Positions 62,871 through 64,000 of a stretch of 64,000 nucleotides of DNA are shown here, piece after piece. The stretch is taken from positions 90,148,001 to 90,212,000 of the forward strand of contig OZ360230.1 in the NCBI GenBank assembly GCA_977017645.1. Direction: 5' to 3'. The stretch's first letter is position 1, and every line of letters starts with the position of its first letter. The DNA comes from Torpedo marmorata (Eukaryota). The notes under the pieces were generated by a model. That model did no database searches, was not told the origin of the DNA, and worked only from the letters and a program-made list of their open reading frames with translations. The translations under genes were made by a program, and so were the position numbers.

Positions 62871-62984
62871 GGATGTTCAATGTAATTCCCATTCTCTTTT
62901 GGTTAGTGCCTCCAAATGTGTGGAGACGCAACCATCATCCATTCACTGTAGCTTGATGACCACAGTTCAAGTGACCATGGCATG

Positions 62985-63926
62985 TGTTATGGACCATGAC
63001 TGATAATTTGGACTGAGGACGGTAAGCAGGAAGGATGAAGTCTTTTGGAGTATACACTGGGACCTGGTACTGAAAGAGTTAACTGGCCCAGGACTTCTTG
63101 TATTTACCAGAGAGAGACACCAGGGGGAGACAAACTGTGGAAAGATATACTTGGGTGTGGAACTTTTGAAAAAGAGAGCTGGAGAAAACTCTCTCTACAG
63201 GAAGGCCTAAAGTTCAGTCGTGGAAAACTGAATCAGTGGCAGTTTTGGAGTTGAAAAGGTGGGAGAAACAGCAGGATCCAGGCTTGTGCATCCCAGAGAA
63301 GAAGTTGGGAGAATAGCACAGAGTCTCTTGAATCAGAAAAGTCCAGGCTTGTGCATCCCAGAGAAAAAGGTTGGGACCAAAAACAAGGCCTGATGATTCG
63401 GCAGAATCCTGAGTTGAGAGCAGCTTTTGTGAGGAACAGGCTGTGAGATCCAAGTATACGCCTCAATCCAGAACGGATCTGAATTCGCAATCCTTGTGAA
63501 AACACCAGAAGGGAAAGTCATCAGAGAAGAAAAGCAAGCCAAGTATTCGTAAGCATAAACAGTCATTGTCTCTCTCCAACATTCATTAAGAGGTCCTGCT
63601 TGCCAGCACACAGAGCTGAATTTGGACCCTGAACATAGAGAGTGGATTTTTGTGGACTGTATTTTTGGGACTGACTTGTTTTTATGACTGACCTGGGGTT
63701 TTTGGGGAAAGTTTTTCCATTTTTACATAAGGGTTGGGCACAGACTGTAAGGGTCTGGGCTTTACACATACACACACAACTTTTAGATAAGAATAGTGTT
63801 GATAGACGTTTAGAGTGGGGTTAATTGTTGTGAAATTATATGTTTAATTGTCTTTAATAAATATAAATTTCAATTTTACCCCTTTTGCATTGCGTCTTCT
63901 GTCGTTGCTGGTTTGAATTTGTAACA
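62985..63926 (+). mobile_element. Solo LTR, 942 bp
   Basis: TGTTA...TAACA ends, 4 bp TSD catg, AATAAA at ~63856, internal direct repeat tccaggcttgtgcatcccagagaa. Confidence 0.9.
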
Positions 63927-64000
63927 CATGGGAGCACGAGGCTCCAGAAGTCAAATAGTTTTCCATTTCTAGCGTTGATTATCTCCACTCCAGTGGGAAG

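Noticed and set aside
1-64000. Inferring host-gene strand from TE orientation bias
   Set aside because: SINEs/LINEs lean minus but all LTR-like elements are plus; counts are small and contradictory

Overview
Vertebrate nuclear DNA that is almost certainly from a cartilaginous fish (ray/skate-like repeat landscape: Rex1/Babar, CR1/HER1, HE1/V-type tRNA-SINEs, Deu-domain SINE relics, Penelope). The window looks intronic or intergenic. I found no host protein-coding gene I can name, and the recognisable coding capacity belongs to transposons: a frameshifted ~2.5 kb Rex1, a decayed Penelope RT/GIY-YIG element, and L1 and Tx1 fragments. Four solo-LTR-like elements and five types of DNA-transposon derivative are also present. 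The most notable structure has five parts. (1) About 18 Penelope pseudo-LTR insertions, many with 10-15 bp TSDs and a minimal hammerhead-like core; these include snap-back palindromes and 22-23 bp micro-insertions. (2) An 884 bp near-perfect palindrome built around a four-ended composite hAT MITE, with a second independent MITE-flank inverted duplication at 60 kb. (3) Two Harbinger-like elements inserted at similar TCA(C/G)TAGTGA sites. (4) A CpG-rich non-autonomous element with a Rex1-type tail. (5) Two related LTR-like elements with no TSD. Boundaries were read by eye: those defined by a TSD are exact or within a few bp, and those of old repeats are approximate.
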